DNA from: Massalongia carnosa
Lineage: Eukaryota
Assembly (NCBI GenBank): GCA_965645245.1
Contig: OZ287081.1
Span: 1,054,001-1,118,000, forward strand
Length of the DNA stretch: 64,000 bases
Reading direction: 5' to 3'
The position numbers and the translations under genes are program-made. The notes beneath the pieces are model-generated. The model had not been told where the DNA came from, ran no database searches, and saw nothing but the letters and a program-made list of their open reading frames with translations. Every line of letters starts with the position of its first letter. The stretch's first letter is position 1. Positions 23,067 to 36,669 of this stretch are shown piece by piece.

Positions 23067-26000
23067 TTGCGGGACAATATTCGTTGACAAATATCGAAAA
23101 TACACAAAATGTCAAATTTATTCAACATAATTGTGCAAAGTCAATGAATGCAATGATTTCGTGTCTGGAATATGCAGTATTAAATCGTGTTGATATTGTT
23201 TTATTTCAGGAACCATGGACACGAGATCAAAAAACAATTTCCCATCCGTCATTCACATGTATTATGCCGAAAATAGCGACTTATCGGCCGAGAGTAGCTA
23301 TATTCGTTACAAAATGCAATCCAAAATTACTATGCACGCCTAGAACGGATCTTATTAACGATACTGCTCTGCAAATTATCGAAATTACAATTGATGAAGT
23401 TCGAAAAGTGCAGATCTTTAACCTTTACAATGAAAAAAGTCTAAACGATCGAGAAACATATACAATTGATCGACATTTAGTTAAATATCAACCTATATCA
23501 ACTGATCAATTTGTCATATGTGGAGATTTCAATGCACATCATAGCTGGTGGAATTCGAAGATTCAAAATGCAATTCGATCAGAAAATCTAGTCAAATGGT
23601 TAAAATTAAACAAATGTAGTTTGATAAATACGCCTGATCTATATAGTTTTTTTGCTCATTCAGGAAACTCTTCATCTATTATTGATTTAACATTTGCAAA
23701 TTCTAAAATCGAAAACGCAATTACAAATTGGTCAATCGATGAAAACGCAGTCACGGGTTCAGATCATGAAGTTATTCGATTTGAACTTATCGCGTCTTTC
23801 AAGAACTTGACGTCACATGTAACCGCATTATCGAATAAATACAACTGCAATAAAGCCGATGGGGATAAATTCGCGAAGTTTCTAGACGAAAATGCAATAA
23901 ACTACGAGTCCCAAATACAAAGTCTATAGAACAATTATCAATTTGATGAATCAGCGTTATATTTGCAAAACGTTATCAAAAACGCGGCTGAAATCTTTAT
24001 TCCGAAGACAAAAATATGCGCAAAATCGAAAAATTGGTGGTCGCAAGATTTAACCGGACTTCGAAAATTCATGTGTAGACATCGTCGAGAATGGAAGAAT
24101 AATCCGTCCTATTTTAGTCATCAAAAATTTAGACATAGTCGAATCGAGTACTTTCATGAAATTCAAAAAGCGAAACAGCAAACTTAGTTTGCTTTCCTCG
24201 AAAACGCAGCGAATAAAGACGTATTTACAGCTTATAAATACACTAAACCGCGCATGTTCGAAAAAATACCACCTATTCAATACGAAAATAAGTTAAATGT
24301 TCAATTCGATCACAAATGCGATGCGTTTGTGTCAGCAATGTACACAAAAAACCCGTTCACGGATGATAATATTGAAGATTTAACGAATCAAGAGAGCAAA
24401 AATGACAACAATTGGCCGAATTAAACCGAAAATGAATTGCAAAATGCGATTAGTTTGTTTAATCCATAGAAATCATGTGGAACTGATGCAATCAATTTAA
24501 CAATAATTCAAAAATCGTTTCAACCATTGAAAAACGTGTTTTTTACCATTTATTCTAAATTTATACAAATCGGTTATCACCCGTTATGTTGGCGAACAGG
24601 ACTCGGTGCAGTTTTAAAAAAACCTAATAAACCAGACTACTCGCTGCCAAAATCATATCGAATTATTTCCTTACTGAATTGTCTTGGTAAAATTGCGGAG
24701 AAAATTGTTGCTAATCGACTAGCCTACCTCGGCGAAAATTCGAGCTTGTTAGATACCGAACAAATGGGCGGACGCAAAAATCATTCTGCAATCGATGTGG
24801 TAATAAACGTCGTTCATGATATCGAAATCGCAAACCGAAACAAAAACGTTTTATCATGTCTATTACTTGATGTCAAAGGAGCATTTGACTTTGTTTCGAT
24901 TAATCAATTGCTAAATGTCATGAAAAAGCTGCATTTATCTCGCATAGTTATTCAATGGGTCAAGCATTTTATGACAAAACGATCAATCAATTTGATATTC
25001 GATGAACACAAAAGCAAAATGTACTATATCGAATCTGGAATTCCACAAGGTTCACCAATTTCGCCAATTCTATTTCTGATTTATATTCGTTACTTATTTC
25101 CGAAAATACGAATGAAATTCAATGTTCATTCACCTAGCTTTATAGACGATGTTGCAATATATGTCGAAAATAAAACTGCCAAATAGAATTGCAAAGAAAT
25201 CGAAATTATCGTCAAAACAGCTTTTGATTGGGCCGCAACGAATAATGTCAAATTTGATAACGACAAATCTGACTTGATTCACTTCGAAAAGTCAAGAAAT
25301 GCATCAAAAGACAAAGTGCAATTACCAAACGGGACAATACAAGAACCGAAAAATTCTGTCAAATGGTTAGGAGTCTGGTAAGACCGAAAACTAAATTACA
25401 AAAAACACGTAGAAACGCGAATTTCTTCTGCAAATCGATTGTTTTTCGCAATTCAAAATTTGATGAAGTCTGAATGGGGACTAAAGCCAACTGCATGCAG
25501 ACAGCTCTATTTGTCATGCATTATTCCTATTTCGGACTATGGCTCAGAAATCTGGTATAACGGTCAAAAGAATTATGAAAAGCTATTTCAGAATCTGCAA
25601 AATCGAATGATTCGAAAGATTTTAGGCACATTCAAAACCACGCCTGTTCAGGCGATGGAAATTGAATCGCATATTTTACCAGCAAAGCTACGATTGTTGA
25701 TGAAAAATCAAAAATACGCAATTCGATTATTGAAGATTGCCGAAAATAATCCTATTTGTCAAAGAATTCCCAATACCTATTCGGTGAAATTCGAAAACAT
25801 CGGTTTTGGCACTAGTTTATGGAACAACAGATATGCTGAATGGAACGAAGACGAGAAAAAATGGAGTAAACCTCATCCTAGTCAGCTTATCCGTATTCTT
25901 CATTCCGTTTCGGATATAGTCCACAAAATTGATGAGTTCGAATCAATAAATAATTTCATCAAACCATGGAAGCCGTCTTGTAAAATCAAGTTCCAAATCG

Positions 26001-28251
26001 AAAGATCAAAAGAAACAGCAAAGTCAAGTTATTATTCGACTTTATCAAAAATTCAATCAATAAACGCCGATAAATCGCTAATTTTACTCTATACCGATAG
26101 ACCAAAAACCGAGTTTTCAACTTCCGCTGTCACATTTGCACCAATTACGCGAAATTGGAATAATTTCACCGATAACTTCAATCGTTTTATCGAAAAAGAT
26201 TGTCTCCTCAAACATCATACGATTTCGAAAAGCTGGAAATTAAACAAACAGTCAAGCGTTAAAAACGCTGAACTGTATGCGATACTACAAGCAATAAAAT
26301 AGGCATACAAATTGACAATTGCGAATATTCTCCAATTTGGAAAAAAACGATTTGCATTTTTTCCGATAGCATAAACGCGATAAACGAAATTCAGAACTTG
26401 ACAAATCATACTTACGCAAAACAAATTCGAAAATTCTCGAAATGCTTATTCGGAAACAATTATCAGGTAGTTCTACAATGGATTCCTAGTCATTCGAAAA
26501 TCGTCGAAAATGAAATTGCAGATAAAGCAGCAAAAGCGGGACATAGTCGAATCCTAGTCGAGTCTTCTATAATAACATTTGATTATGTAAAGGGTCAAAT
26601 AAATCGAAATATGTTAGCCACATGGGCGAATCAATGGCAACAATGCAAGTCTAAAGGCAAATACTATGAGAAATTCGAAATGCAGCCGGGCAAATCGAGT
26701 TTTTATTATCTGTCGAATAATTGTTCGAAATTAATGTTTGCGACTATTATGCAAATGAAATTCGGACACGGTTATTTTCGATCATATCTGCACCGATTGA
26801 AAGATTATAATTCGTCAAAATGCACAGGGCGCTGCAACGAACGTCAAACGCCAGAACACTTGTTGATGAATTGCATAAATTATTCAAATGAAATCCTAAA
26901 CATGAAACAAAATATCGATACCACAATTACTTTAAAAATGTTGTTTAATACTAGGATCGGAAATAATATTTTTATTAAGTTTATTGTTGATAACGAAATC
27001 GCGACTAAAAAATGGATGCTAGGTCAGCTCGATGACGAAAATATCGAAACCGGAGGTTGGGGAGAGATCGAACAGTAAAATTAGAAATGATTTATGCTGG
27101 AATATTCACGAGCTTTACAAAAACAAATTGTAAAATCGATATTTCGATTACTAAAGGTTGTCACTAACACGGAGTAAAAACGGGGCAATATTGACCATAC
27201 ATAGTTGGGTTATAAAGGGTTGATTTATTTGTAAAATAAAATCATATATTAAATAGTTTAGTGTCATAACCTTAGGTTGAATACACTTAATGAATAAATA
27301 AATAAATAAAAAACTTCATCAATTGTAATTTCAATAATTTGCATATCGGAATCGTCAATAAAATCCGTTCTAGGCGTGCATTGCAGTTTGAGATTACATT
27401 TTGTGACAAATATAGCTACTCTCGAGCGATAAGTCGCTATTTTCGGCATAATGCATGTAAATGACGGATTTGATATTGTTTTTTATCTCGCTTCCATGGT
27501 TCCTGAAACAAAACAATATCAATTTGATCTGATAAAGCATATTCCAAACACGAAGTCATTGCATTCGTTGTCCTTCCACAGTTGTGTTGAATAAATTTGA
27601 CATTGTGAGTATTTTCTATATTTGCCAACGAATGCTTTCCTGCCATTATAAGGCGGATAATTAATCAGCCGATTTTCGTGGATTTAATGCAGTAAACATT
27701 TGACAATGTTCATCATTTGATTGATGATTTTTATTGCAGTTTGCACATTTCACAACAACGTGTGAACACGCAGTTTTCGATTTGCATGTTATGCATTCAT
27801 GATTACGTGTTTCATGATTTTGTGCACAAATATTGCATTTTGATTTGTTTCGACACTGATTATGCTTGTGTCCGAATTTTTGACAATTAATACATTCTGT
27901 ATTCGGACGAACGGAAGTAAATATTTCCGTGTCACAGTGTTTTCCCGCGATATTTACGCCTTTTAACGCGTTTAAGGCCTGATTTCGATCGTTAAAAGTC
28001 AAAACGACCGAAGAATTGACTTTATTTTCGCGGTCTCGCGCTAGCCATCTGGGTAAATCGCATAATTCCATGTTAAGGTTGAATTTCTGGATTTCATTTT
28101 GCAAATATTGCATATTTTGATCAAACGTTGCAATATTTACTCCATGTACGATCACTTTAAACCAGGATTCGTCTTTTCGAATTCTTTGTGCATCGAACAT
28201 ATGTTCCCATACAGATTTGTTTTCCAACAATTCTGCAGCAGTGTTTTTCGA

Positions 28252-29340
28252 AAACAAACAGTCAAGCGTTAAAAACGCTGAACTGTATGCGATACTACAA
28301 GCAATAAAATGGGCATACAAATTGACAATTGCGAATATTCTCTTCAATTTGGAAAAAACGATTTGGATTTTTTCCGATAGCATAAACGCGATAAACGAAA
28401 TTAAGAACTTGACAAATCATACTTACGCAAAACAAATTCGAAAATTCTCGAAATGCTTATTCGGAAACAATTATCAGGTAGTTCTACAATGGATTCCTAG
28501 TCATTCGAAAATCGTCGAAAATGAAATTGCAGATAAAGCAGCAAAAGCGGGACATAGTCGAATCCTAGTCGAGTCTTCGATAATAAAACTTGATTATGTA
28601 AAGGGTTAAATAAATCGAAATATGTTAGCCAAATGGGCGAATCAATGGCAACAATGCAAGTCAAAAGGCAAATATTATGAGAAATTCGAAATGCAGCCGG
28701 GCAAATCGAGTTTTTATTATCTGTCGAATAATTGTTCGAAATTAATATTTGCGACTATTATGCAAATGAAATTCGGACACGGTTATTTTCGATCATATCT
28801 GCACCGATTGAAAGATTATAATTCGTCAAAATGCACAGGGCGCTGCAACGAACGTCAAACGCCAGAACACTTATTGATGAATTGCATACATTATTCAAAT
28901 GAAATCCTAAACATGAAACAAAATATCGATACCACAATTACTTTAAAAATGTTGTTTAATACTAGGATCGGAAATAATATTTTGATTAAATTTATTGTTG
29001 ATAACAATATCGCGACTAGAAAATGGATGCTAGGTCAGCTCGATGACGAAAATATCGAAACGGGAGGTTGGGGAGAGATCGAACAGTAAAATTAGAAATG
29101 ATTTATGCTGGAATATTTACGAGCTTTACAAAAACAAATTGTAAAATCGATATTTCGATTACTAAAGGTTGTTACTAACACGGAGTAAAAACGGGGCAAT
29201 ATTGACGATAGATAGTTGGGTTATAAAGGGTTGATTTATTTGTAAAATAAAACCATATCTTAAAATAGTTTAGTGTCATAACCTTAGGTTGAATACACTT
29301 AATGAATAAATAAAAAAAAGAATAAATAAAAAAAAAAAGA
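28252..29340 (+). mobile_element. LINE-A 3' fragment with duplicated tail
   Basis: RNase H C-terminus to 3'UTR; tail GAATAAATAAAAAAAA repeated; no TSD. Confidence 0.93.
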
Positions 29341-30170
29341 ACTAGTAGTGAGAACGATATTCTGACCGGTTTTCGATTTTTCGACCTTGTTGATTACGAT
29401 ATCTAACTTCGCGTTGCTGAATTGCGCGTTGATTTGATCTCGAAGTTTCAATGAGTCGATATCGCCGATTTGAATTTTTGGTGTAATTATCAGTCGGCTG
29501 AGTTTGATTGCATTTAATTCGTCGGTTTTGTCGAATTTGTTCGAGGTTTGACTCTAATTTTTCGATCTGGAAACAGTGGTCCATATTTCGGAATTTGCAG
29601 TTGCTTTTCCAAGCATTTGACTCCAGGATGGAGGCGTGTTATTGACCTTGTACTCGTAACCCGGCGGTTTCCTTTCGTGCGTTCGTGATGACGACTTTAT
29701 TTGGATTTTCAGTCGTATTGACTTGTTGAACCCGAGTCGATTTTCGCGTTGTTTCTAAGGTTCGATTACTACTAGTCTGATCAATTACCTTGTCTAATTT
29801 CCAATTCATCATGTCTAGTGTTGTTTTTATATTAATTGATTTTTTTGTCAATAAGTAATTGATATTATCAACGACTATTGCTGTTTCTGGATTTTGATCT
29901 AAGACAAATGACTTCAATAACGCGGTTTTAGCCGTTTTGAGTAATCCAATCGATTGTGCTCGATTGATTGCTTCTTGACTTTCCTCTACTCGTTCGTCGA
30001 ATGTTTTTCGTTTGTTACGTTTGATAGGCGGGCTTAATTCTATATTAGAATTTAACGATGGCATGGGTAGATTGGTAGTAAATTGTCCAGATGGGAATTT
30101 GGTTGCTTTTGGGGTCGGCGTAGTCGGGGCGGACGAATATTCATGTGATTGATCCATAGGCTCGTCAAGT

Positions 30171-30666
30171 TGTAATAGCGCGGCAATACAGGACTGCGCT
30201 AGCTCCTGGGATGACTCACCCAAGAAGACCGGGTGACTGATAATCCGGATGCTTGGTCATGATAAGGCGGATAGCAATACTAAGCCATCAGCAATCAGCC
30301 TTACCAGTTTATTAGGCAGCAACTGAAGCTATTCAGATAAGCCTCGATCTCATGGTAGGCCTGGGACGCCTAGGAGACCTCAGCTGAAGGCAACAAGGCT
30401 ATCTGCTAGAACTCAGCTGAAGGCAACAAGGTTATCTGCTAGACCTCAGCTGAAGGCAGCAAGGCTATCTATTAGACCTCAGCTGAAGGCAACAAGGCAG
30501 ACAGGTAACCAGACAAGTAGTTAGTAAATAGGACCCCAAGGGGTATATAGAAAGCTCGATTCCCATCTTCAGGGAATCATCTTTGAGCTTTAGCACCTAC
30601 CAATCTATTAGCAGTCACACTGAGCATTATAACCCATAAGGACTAGTGTCTACTGTCCCTCTCATA
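30171..30666 (+). repeat. 5' LTR (33-bp tandem repeat 30375-~30497; TATA-like box ~30544)
   Basis: Near-identical to 36174-36669. Confidence 0.95.
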
Positions 30667-30766
30667 ATTCTAAAAGCTCCATATCTTAGGATAGCTTGGT
30701 CCGACTGTTGATAGTTCAATCCTATCACACCTACCGTCCAAAAAATTCAAACTATTTATCGTCAAC

Positions 30767-31921
30767 ATGAACACACGAGGACGAAGCGGCCAGAATTCGG
30801 CCAATCCCACGTCCAATCAGGGTGATGACCTACTGGACTACGATACGCTGGAACAAACACCACCAAACCAGCTAATCGACGAGATTAGAGCCATGCAGGC
30901 CCATTTGACCGAACAGACAGCAGCCATGCAGGCCCAGGCCACCTTGTTGACTCAGCAAAGTACCCGTCTCGCTGCCAATGAAAGGGAATTAGAACGACTG
31001 CACGAGGAAAGAGAGTCTCGTCGTCCTCGCTCCATGGAACGATCTGTCAGGTATAACCTCAAAGCTAAGTCGCCCGACCCGTATTATGGCAAGGACCATA
31101 AGACCTTGTTCGAATTCACCAGACAATGCGAGGCTGTCTTTAACACTAGTGGCATGCCTGAAACGGAACAAGATCGTCGTATAGCCTATGCAGGCAGCTA
31201 CCTTCGAGACACCCCTAGCGACAATTGGCATGAGATACTATCACGAGGGGGTCATCTGAATCTTACCTGGAAGGAGTTCAAAAAGAACCTCATGAATCAA
31301 CTAGGCTCTACAGAAGTTTTCAAAGATCGAACCTGGATGCAGTACCATCATGCACAACAACGTCCCAATGATACTATTCAATCCTTTGCGGCCTACTTAC
31401 AACGCCTACGAACAATATTAGCCGATGCAGATCCGGAACATCCTATTACCGAAGAACAGATGGTCCAGAAGCTTCGTACGGGAGTCATACCAATAATTCG
31501 GAATTCCTTAGCACTAGGTCATCGACATCCCGCTACCATAGCGGAATTCATCAGTGATGCACAACTAGCTAAGGGAGCGGCTGTTTTGCCATCATCAACA
31601 GGTAGAGGCTACTCCAAGCGGGAGCAAGGTGCCCCGGCTTCTAACGATCAGGGCCGCCGAGAACCATATCCAACTAATCATCGCGGAGGTCGAGGCGGAA
31701 GAGGTCATCGAGGTAGTCACCACGGAAGAGGCAATAGAGGCGGAAGAGGCCGAGGCGGCAGGAATGCGGCTCCGGCTGTTACTAGCGCGCCGTCGACCAA
31801 TAGCAATGCCATTCCGCTAGGCACTGTGACCGAGATACAAGACAATAACAAAAATAGCTGCTATAATTGTGGATCCCTCGAACATTGGGTAAAAGACTGT
31901 CCCCATCCAAAAAAAGCATAG
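30767..31921 (+). CDS. gag: Gag with RGG region and CCHC knuckle
   Basis: 384-aa open frame; PDPYYG...; CYNCGSLEHWVKDC. Confidence 0.92.
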   Translation: MNTRGRSGQNSANPTSNQGDDLLDYDTLEQTPPNQLIDEIRAMQAHLTEQTAAMQAQATLLTQQSTRLAANERELERLHEERESRRPRSMERSVRYNLKAKSPDPYYGKDHKTLFEFTRQCEAVFNTSGMPETEQDRRIAYAGSYLRDTPSDNWHEILSRGGHLNLTWKEFKKNLMNQLGSTEVFKDRTWMQYHHAQQRPNDTIQSFAAYLQRLRTILADADPEHPITEEQMVQKLRTGVIPIIRNSLALGHRHPATIAEFISDAQLAKGAAVLPSSTGRGYSKREQGAPASNDQGRREPYPTNHRGGRGGRGHRGSHHGRGNRGGRGRGGRNAAPAVTSAPSTNSNAIPLGTVTEIQDNNKNSCYNCGSLEHWVKDCPHPKKA

Positions 31922-34900
31922 TCGCCGCTGCTGCCTCCCTACCGGCGACTACTATCAAAGAGGCATCGGCAAGTCCTAAGACATTGGAAGTCGCACCCTG
32001 CATAGAGTACGAAATAACACACGCTAAAGAAACAGCAAAAGCACTAATTGACAGCGGAAGTGAAGTTAACCTTATTTCTAGAGCTTACGCAAATATATGC
32101 GCTCTGACAGTGTTACACTCCAGCGTCAGTTTGGAAGCTATTAATCACCAGCAAGTCATGACACATGGCATGGGTCTGTTGGTGTTCGGGGTAACTGATC
32201 AATTAGGTCAGCAACGTTTCTTTGAGGAAACCTTCCTAATAGCAGATATACCTCATAATATCGTTTTGGGCATGCCATTCCTGCAGCTAGCCAATCCCGA
32301 TATCGATTGGTCAGCAAGGACCCTGAATTGGCGAGAACTAAGCGTTCAATCGGCCCTGATGACTACTCATCGGATAGAGATTATAGAACCAGAAGTCTTC
32401 ATAGAAGAGGCGTTATCAGAAGATACACCGACCTACGTGGTCCATGCTAAGGCGCTAGGTGTAGATAACATCCATTCGAGCCGTCGAGCTAGAATAGCCT
32501 CAGTGAAGGTACAAGAAATCAAGGTCCCTGAGGCTTATAAGGATTTCGCAGATGTCTTTTCGGAAGATAGTGCAGCCGAGCTACCAGAGCACGGGCTACA
32601 TGATCATGCGATCGACCTCGTGGATGGAAAGCAGCCTCCATATGGACCTATTTATAGCCTATCAGAAACAGAGCTCACAGTGCTAAGGGCCTACCTCGAT
32701 GCTCACCTGGCTAATGGGTTTATCCGGCCATCTACCTCACCAGCTGGAGCTCCTATTCTCTTCGTGCCTAAGGCAAATGGTACCCTGAGGCTCTGCGTGG
32801 ATTATAGGGGTCTGAACAATCTGAGAGTTAAAAATCGCTACCCGCTACCATTAGTAGGCGAGTCTTTAGATCGACTAGGACGGGCCAAACAGTACACCCA
32901 ATTGGATTTGACTGCAGCCTATAATCGCATCAGAATTAAGAAAGGCGACGAATAGAAGACAGCCTTTCGCACCCGATATGGCCATTTCGAATACTGCGTC
33001 ATGCCGTTCGGATTATCCAATGCTCCGGCCTCCTTCCAAGCCTATATCAATAAAGCGTTGGCACTAAAACTGGATGTCTTCTGCATCGTTTATTTGGATG
33101 ATATACTGATCTATACCGAACAGAAGGGTAAGGCCCATGAAGATGCTGTGCGATGGGTGTTAGAACAACTCCGCAAGCATGGCTTATTTTGTAACTTACA
33201 AAAATGCCGATTCAGCACCGACGAAGTCGAATTCCTAGGCTATGTCATCAATCCTAAGGGTGTTTATATGCGAAAAGATCGCATCCAAGCAGTGCAAAAT
33301 TGGCCACGGCCCACATGCGTACGCGATGTACAGGTGTTCATAGGCTTCGCGAATTTCTATAGACGATTCATTCGTGGGTTCAGTAAAATAGCAGGGCCAC
33401 TTACCGCTATGCTTAAAACAAAGCCCGCTAATCATAGACAGAAAGCACCTAAGGGTGTCGAAAGCGAGTTCCTTACGGAGGAAGCTCTATAGGCTTTTGA
33501 GAAGCTGAAAAAGTCGTTCATAGAGGCCCCGGTACTAAGGCATTACGATGCTAGTAAACCAGTACGCGTGGAAACCGATGCGTCAGGTTATGCTATTGGC
33601 GGCATATTGGCTCAGCAAGATGACGAGGGACAATGGTACCCTGTTGCCTATTACTCACGCAAGATGCTACCGGCTGAGCGTAATTACGAGACCTATGATG
33701 CTGAACTATTAGCGATAGTCGAGGCCTTCAAAATTTGGAGACATTACCTTGAGGGGTCGTCTCACGAAATTCTCGTGTTGACTGATCACAATAACCTTAC
33801 GAGGTTTATAGATACCAAGCGCCTAAGCGGCAGGCAAGTAAGGTAGGCTCAAGAGCTTTCCAGGTATAATTTCCGCATCGATTATCGTCAGGGTAAGAGG
33901 AACCCAGCCGATGGGCTGTCAAGACCTCCTACCGCTGGCGATGATGATGGCGAAGTGCTGGTTGAAAACCGCAAAACGCTCCACCTTTTGCAGACATCCC
34001 TAGCGGATAAGAACGCACGCGTTTGTCTAATGAGGGCAATGTCAGGGGAGTCGTTAGATGATGCTTCTGGCCCGACGGGGTCTCACCACGGTGAAATATG
34101 GAAGATCATAACATGCGGAACATTGGTTGTTCCGAAGGTGAAGGCATACTGGAGTTCATTGCGAAACTCTCTCGCACAGCGCGAGTCACCTTATACTCAA
34201 CCCGCTTCTAGGGGAGTATTAGAGCGTCTTCCTGAGTTGCAACAGGTTGACGAGGTCGCTATCACTGTTCGGAAAAGGTTAGCTACCTTGAAAGACAGTG
34301 ACGTGTCGGGGACACAGGAGGTGGCGCCCTCGAGCGAGCCATGGTCGGACTCGGACCACTGTCTATTCCATGAAGGAAAGGCCTACATCCCAGCCTCCTT
34401 ACGAGGAGAAATTCTTGAGTTAAATCATGATGATCCGCTGGCAGGGCACTTCGGGAAAGACAAGACGATTGAGCTAGTGAGTAAAAAGTACTACTGGCCA
34501 TCGATGAAGTCAGACATAGCACGCTATGTAGAGGGTTGCGACGTCTGCATGAGTAGCAAAGCTACGAGGCATAAGCCATATGGAAACTTGCAGTCGTTGC
34601 CTATACCAACTCATAAGTGGAAGGACATTACGATAGACTTCGTCACTGGCTTACCTAAGAGTAAGGACTGGAGGGGAGTTGATTATGACTCCATCCTAGT
34701 CGTCGTTGATAGGCTCACCAAGATGGTGCACTATAAGGCAGTGAAGAAAACGCTGACTGCTGAACAGTTAGCTGAAGTGCTAAGGCACTGCGTGTTCAAG
34801 TATCACGGCCTACCTGACTCCATAGTCACCGATCGGGGCTCGCTATTTACATCAAACTTCTGGTTATCCCTATGCTATTACATGAAGATAAAGCGTAGGC

Positions 34901-35796
34901 TAAGCACAGCCTTCCATCCACAAACAGACGGTCAGACAGAACGTCAAAATAGTACCATGGAAGCTTACCTTAGGTCTTACTGCCGTTTCGAGCAAGATGA
35001 CTGGGTGCAATGGCTCCCTACCGCTGAATTTGCATACAATAACACCCGTCATTCAAGCACTAAGCTCACCCCGTTCGAGGTTAATATAGGCTACCACCCA
35101 AGGATGAGTTATGAAGATAACCAAGACCCTCGATCGAAGTCGAAGACAGCTGAGGAACAGGCTAAAAATCTACACGATTTGTTAGCAGAGTTGAAAAATA
35201 ACCTGCACTTAGCCCAAGACAATCAAGCCAAATATCACAATAGAACGGTGAAAGAACGTTGCTACGCTCCCGATGATATGGTTTGGCTAAACAGCAAATA
35301 TATTAAGACGAAAAGGAACAAGAAGCTTGAGCATAAGTTCTTGGGTCCCTTTAAGGTGTTGAGGCCTGTAGGCCCTCAAGCTTACGAGCTAGAACTTCCG
35401 AAAAGTTGGAAAATACACCCAGTCTTTCATGTGTCTCTGCTGGAAAGAGACAAAACTAGAAGTGAGGTAGTAGACGAACAAATGGCTGAACAGCTTGAAT
35501 TCGAAGAGGATGACATGCAAGAGTATGAAGTAGAGTGCATACGAGATAGTGCAGTCTATGCAAAAGAAGCAGAAGACGGACGACCGGCTGGATTATATTA
35601 TCTAGTGCATTGGAAAGGTTATCCCGACGCGGAAGACACATGGGAGCCCGTCGCCGGCGTCAAACATCTACGAAAGCTATTGAGGGAATTTCATGAGAAA
35701 AATCCTACCAAGCCAACAGCAAAGTCCACCCCTCAGGCCACTAGGACTCCCTCATTAGCGAAAGAAACAGGACGACGCACAAAGAGGACTAAATAA
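31867..35796 (+). pseudogene. pol: Pol (protease, RT, RNase H, integrase, chromodomain) in -1 frame, three premature TAG stops
   Basis: LIDSGS, LCVDYRGLN, YLDDILI, ETDAS, HHCC, DFVTGLP, TDRGS, HPQTDGQTE, GPF, YLVHWKGY...TWEP; stops at 32953, 33490 and 33844. Confidence 0.95.
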
Positions 35797-36173
35797 GGCC
35801 AGCACTCTTTTCCTACCACCTGCCCACGAAAAAAGGTTGGAGGTTTTTAATGAGGCTGCGCTAGGAGCTCAGCAATGTGTTGCAGTAACGTCATGCTCGA
35901 TTCCATCCAGGCCAGTAGCTCTTTTCCTAGCACCTTCCCTAGAAGGGAGGTGGGAGGTTTTTAATGAGGCTGAGCCAGAGCATCAAGTTATGTTATCCTA
36001 ATATCTTCCAAGCTCTTACAAATCCCAACTCTTGCTAGCCTGCATTCAAGCGGCCATCGACGTTAAAGCCATCGGCACGATTAACCGCTTGCAATTACCA
36101 CGCGATGATGGGCTGAACGCACGAACTACCAGGGATGACTTTCGCAGGAGCTCATTACTAGAAGGGAGGTAAT

Positions 36174-36669
36174 TGTAATAGCGCGGCAATACAGGACTGC
36201 GCTAGCTCCTGGGATGACTCACCCAAGAAGACCGGGTGACTGATAATCCGGATGCTTAGTCATGATAAGGCGGATAGCAATACTAAGCCATCAGCAATCA
36301 GCCTTACCAGTTTATTAGGCAGCAACTGAAGCTATTCAGATAAGCCTCGATCTCATGGGAGGCCTGGGACGCCTAGGAGACCTCAGCTAAAGGCAACAAG
36401 GCTATCTGCTAGACCTCAGCTGAAGGCAATAAGGTTATCTGCTAGACCTCAGCTGAAGGCAGCAAGGCTATCTACTAGACCTCAGCTGAAGGCAACAAGG
36501 CAGACAGGTAACCAGACAAGTAGTTAGTAAATAGGACCCCAAGGGGTATATAGAAAGCTCGATTCCCATCTTCAGGGAATCAGCTTTTAGCTTTAGCACC
36601 TACCAATCTATTAGCAGTCACACTGAGCATTATAACCCATAAGGACTAGTGTCTACTGTCCCTCTCATA
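36174..36669 (+). repeat. 3' LTR
   Basis: Follows the PPT; followed by TSD CAAGT. Confidence 0.95.

Larger units (their letters stand above)
16899..27311 (+). mobile_element. Near full-length LINE-A, 5'UTR interrupted by a solo LTR (17726-21570)
   Basis: 5'UTR 16899-17725 plus 21571-21650 matches 44419-45316; ORF1, fragmented ORF2 (to 27078), tail. Confidence 0.93.
30171..36669 (+). mobile_element. Full-length Ty3/Gypsy chromovirus LTR retrotransposon
   Basis: Two 496-bp LTRs, 5-bp TSD CAAGT (30166-70, 36670-74), PPT AGAAGGGAGG at ~36160, order gag-PR-RT-RH-IN-chromodomain. Confidence 0.97.
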
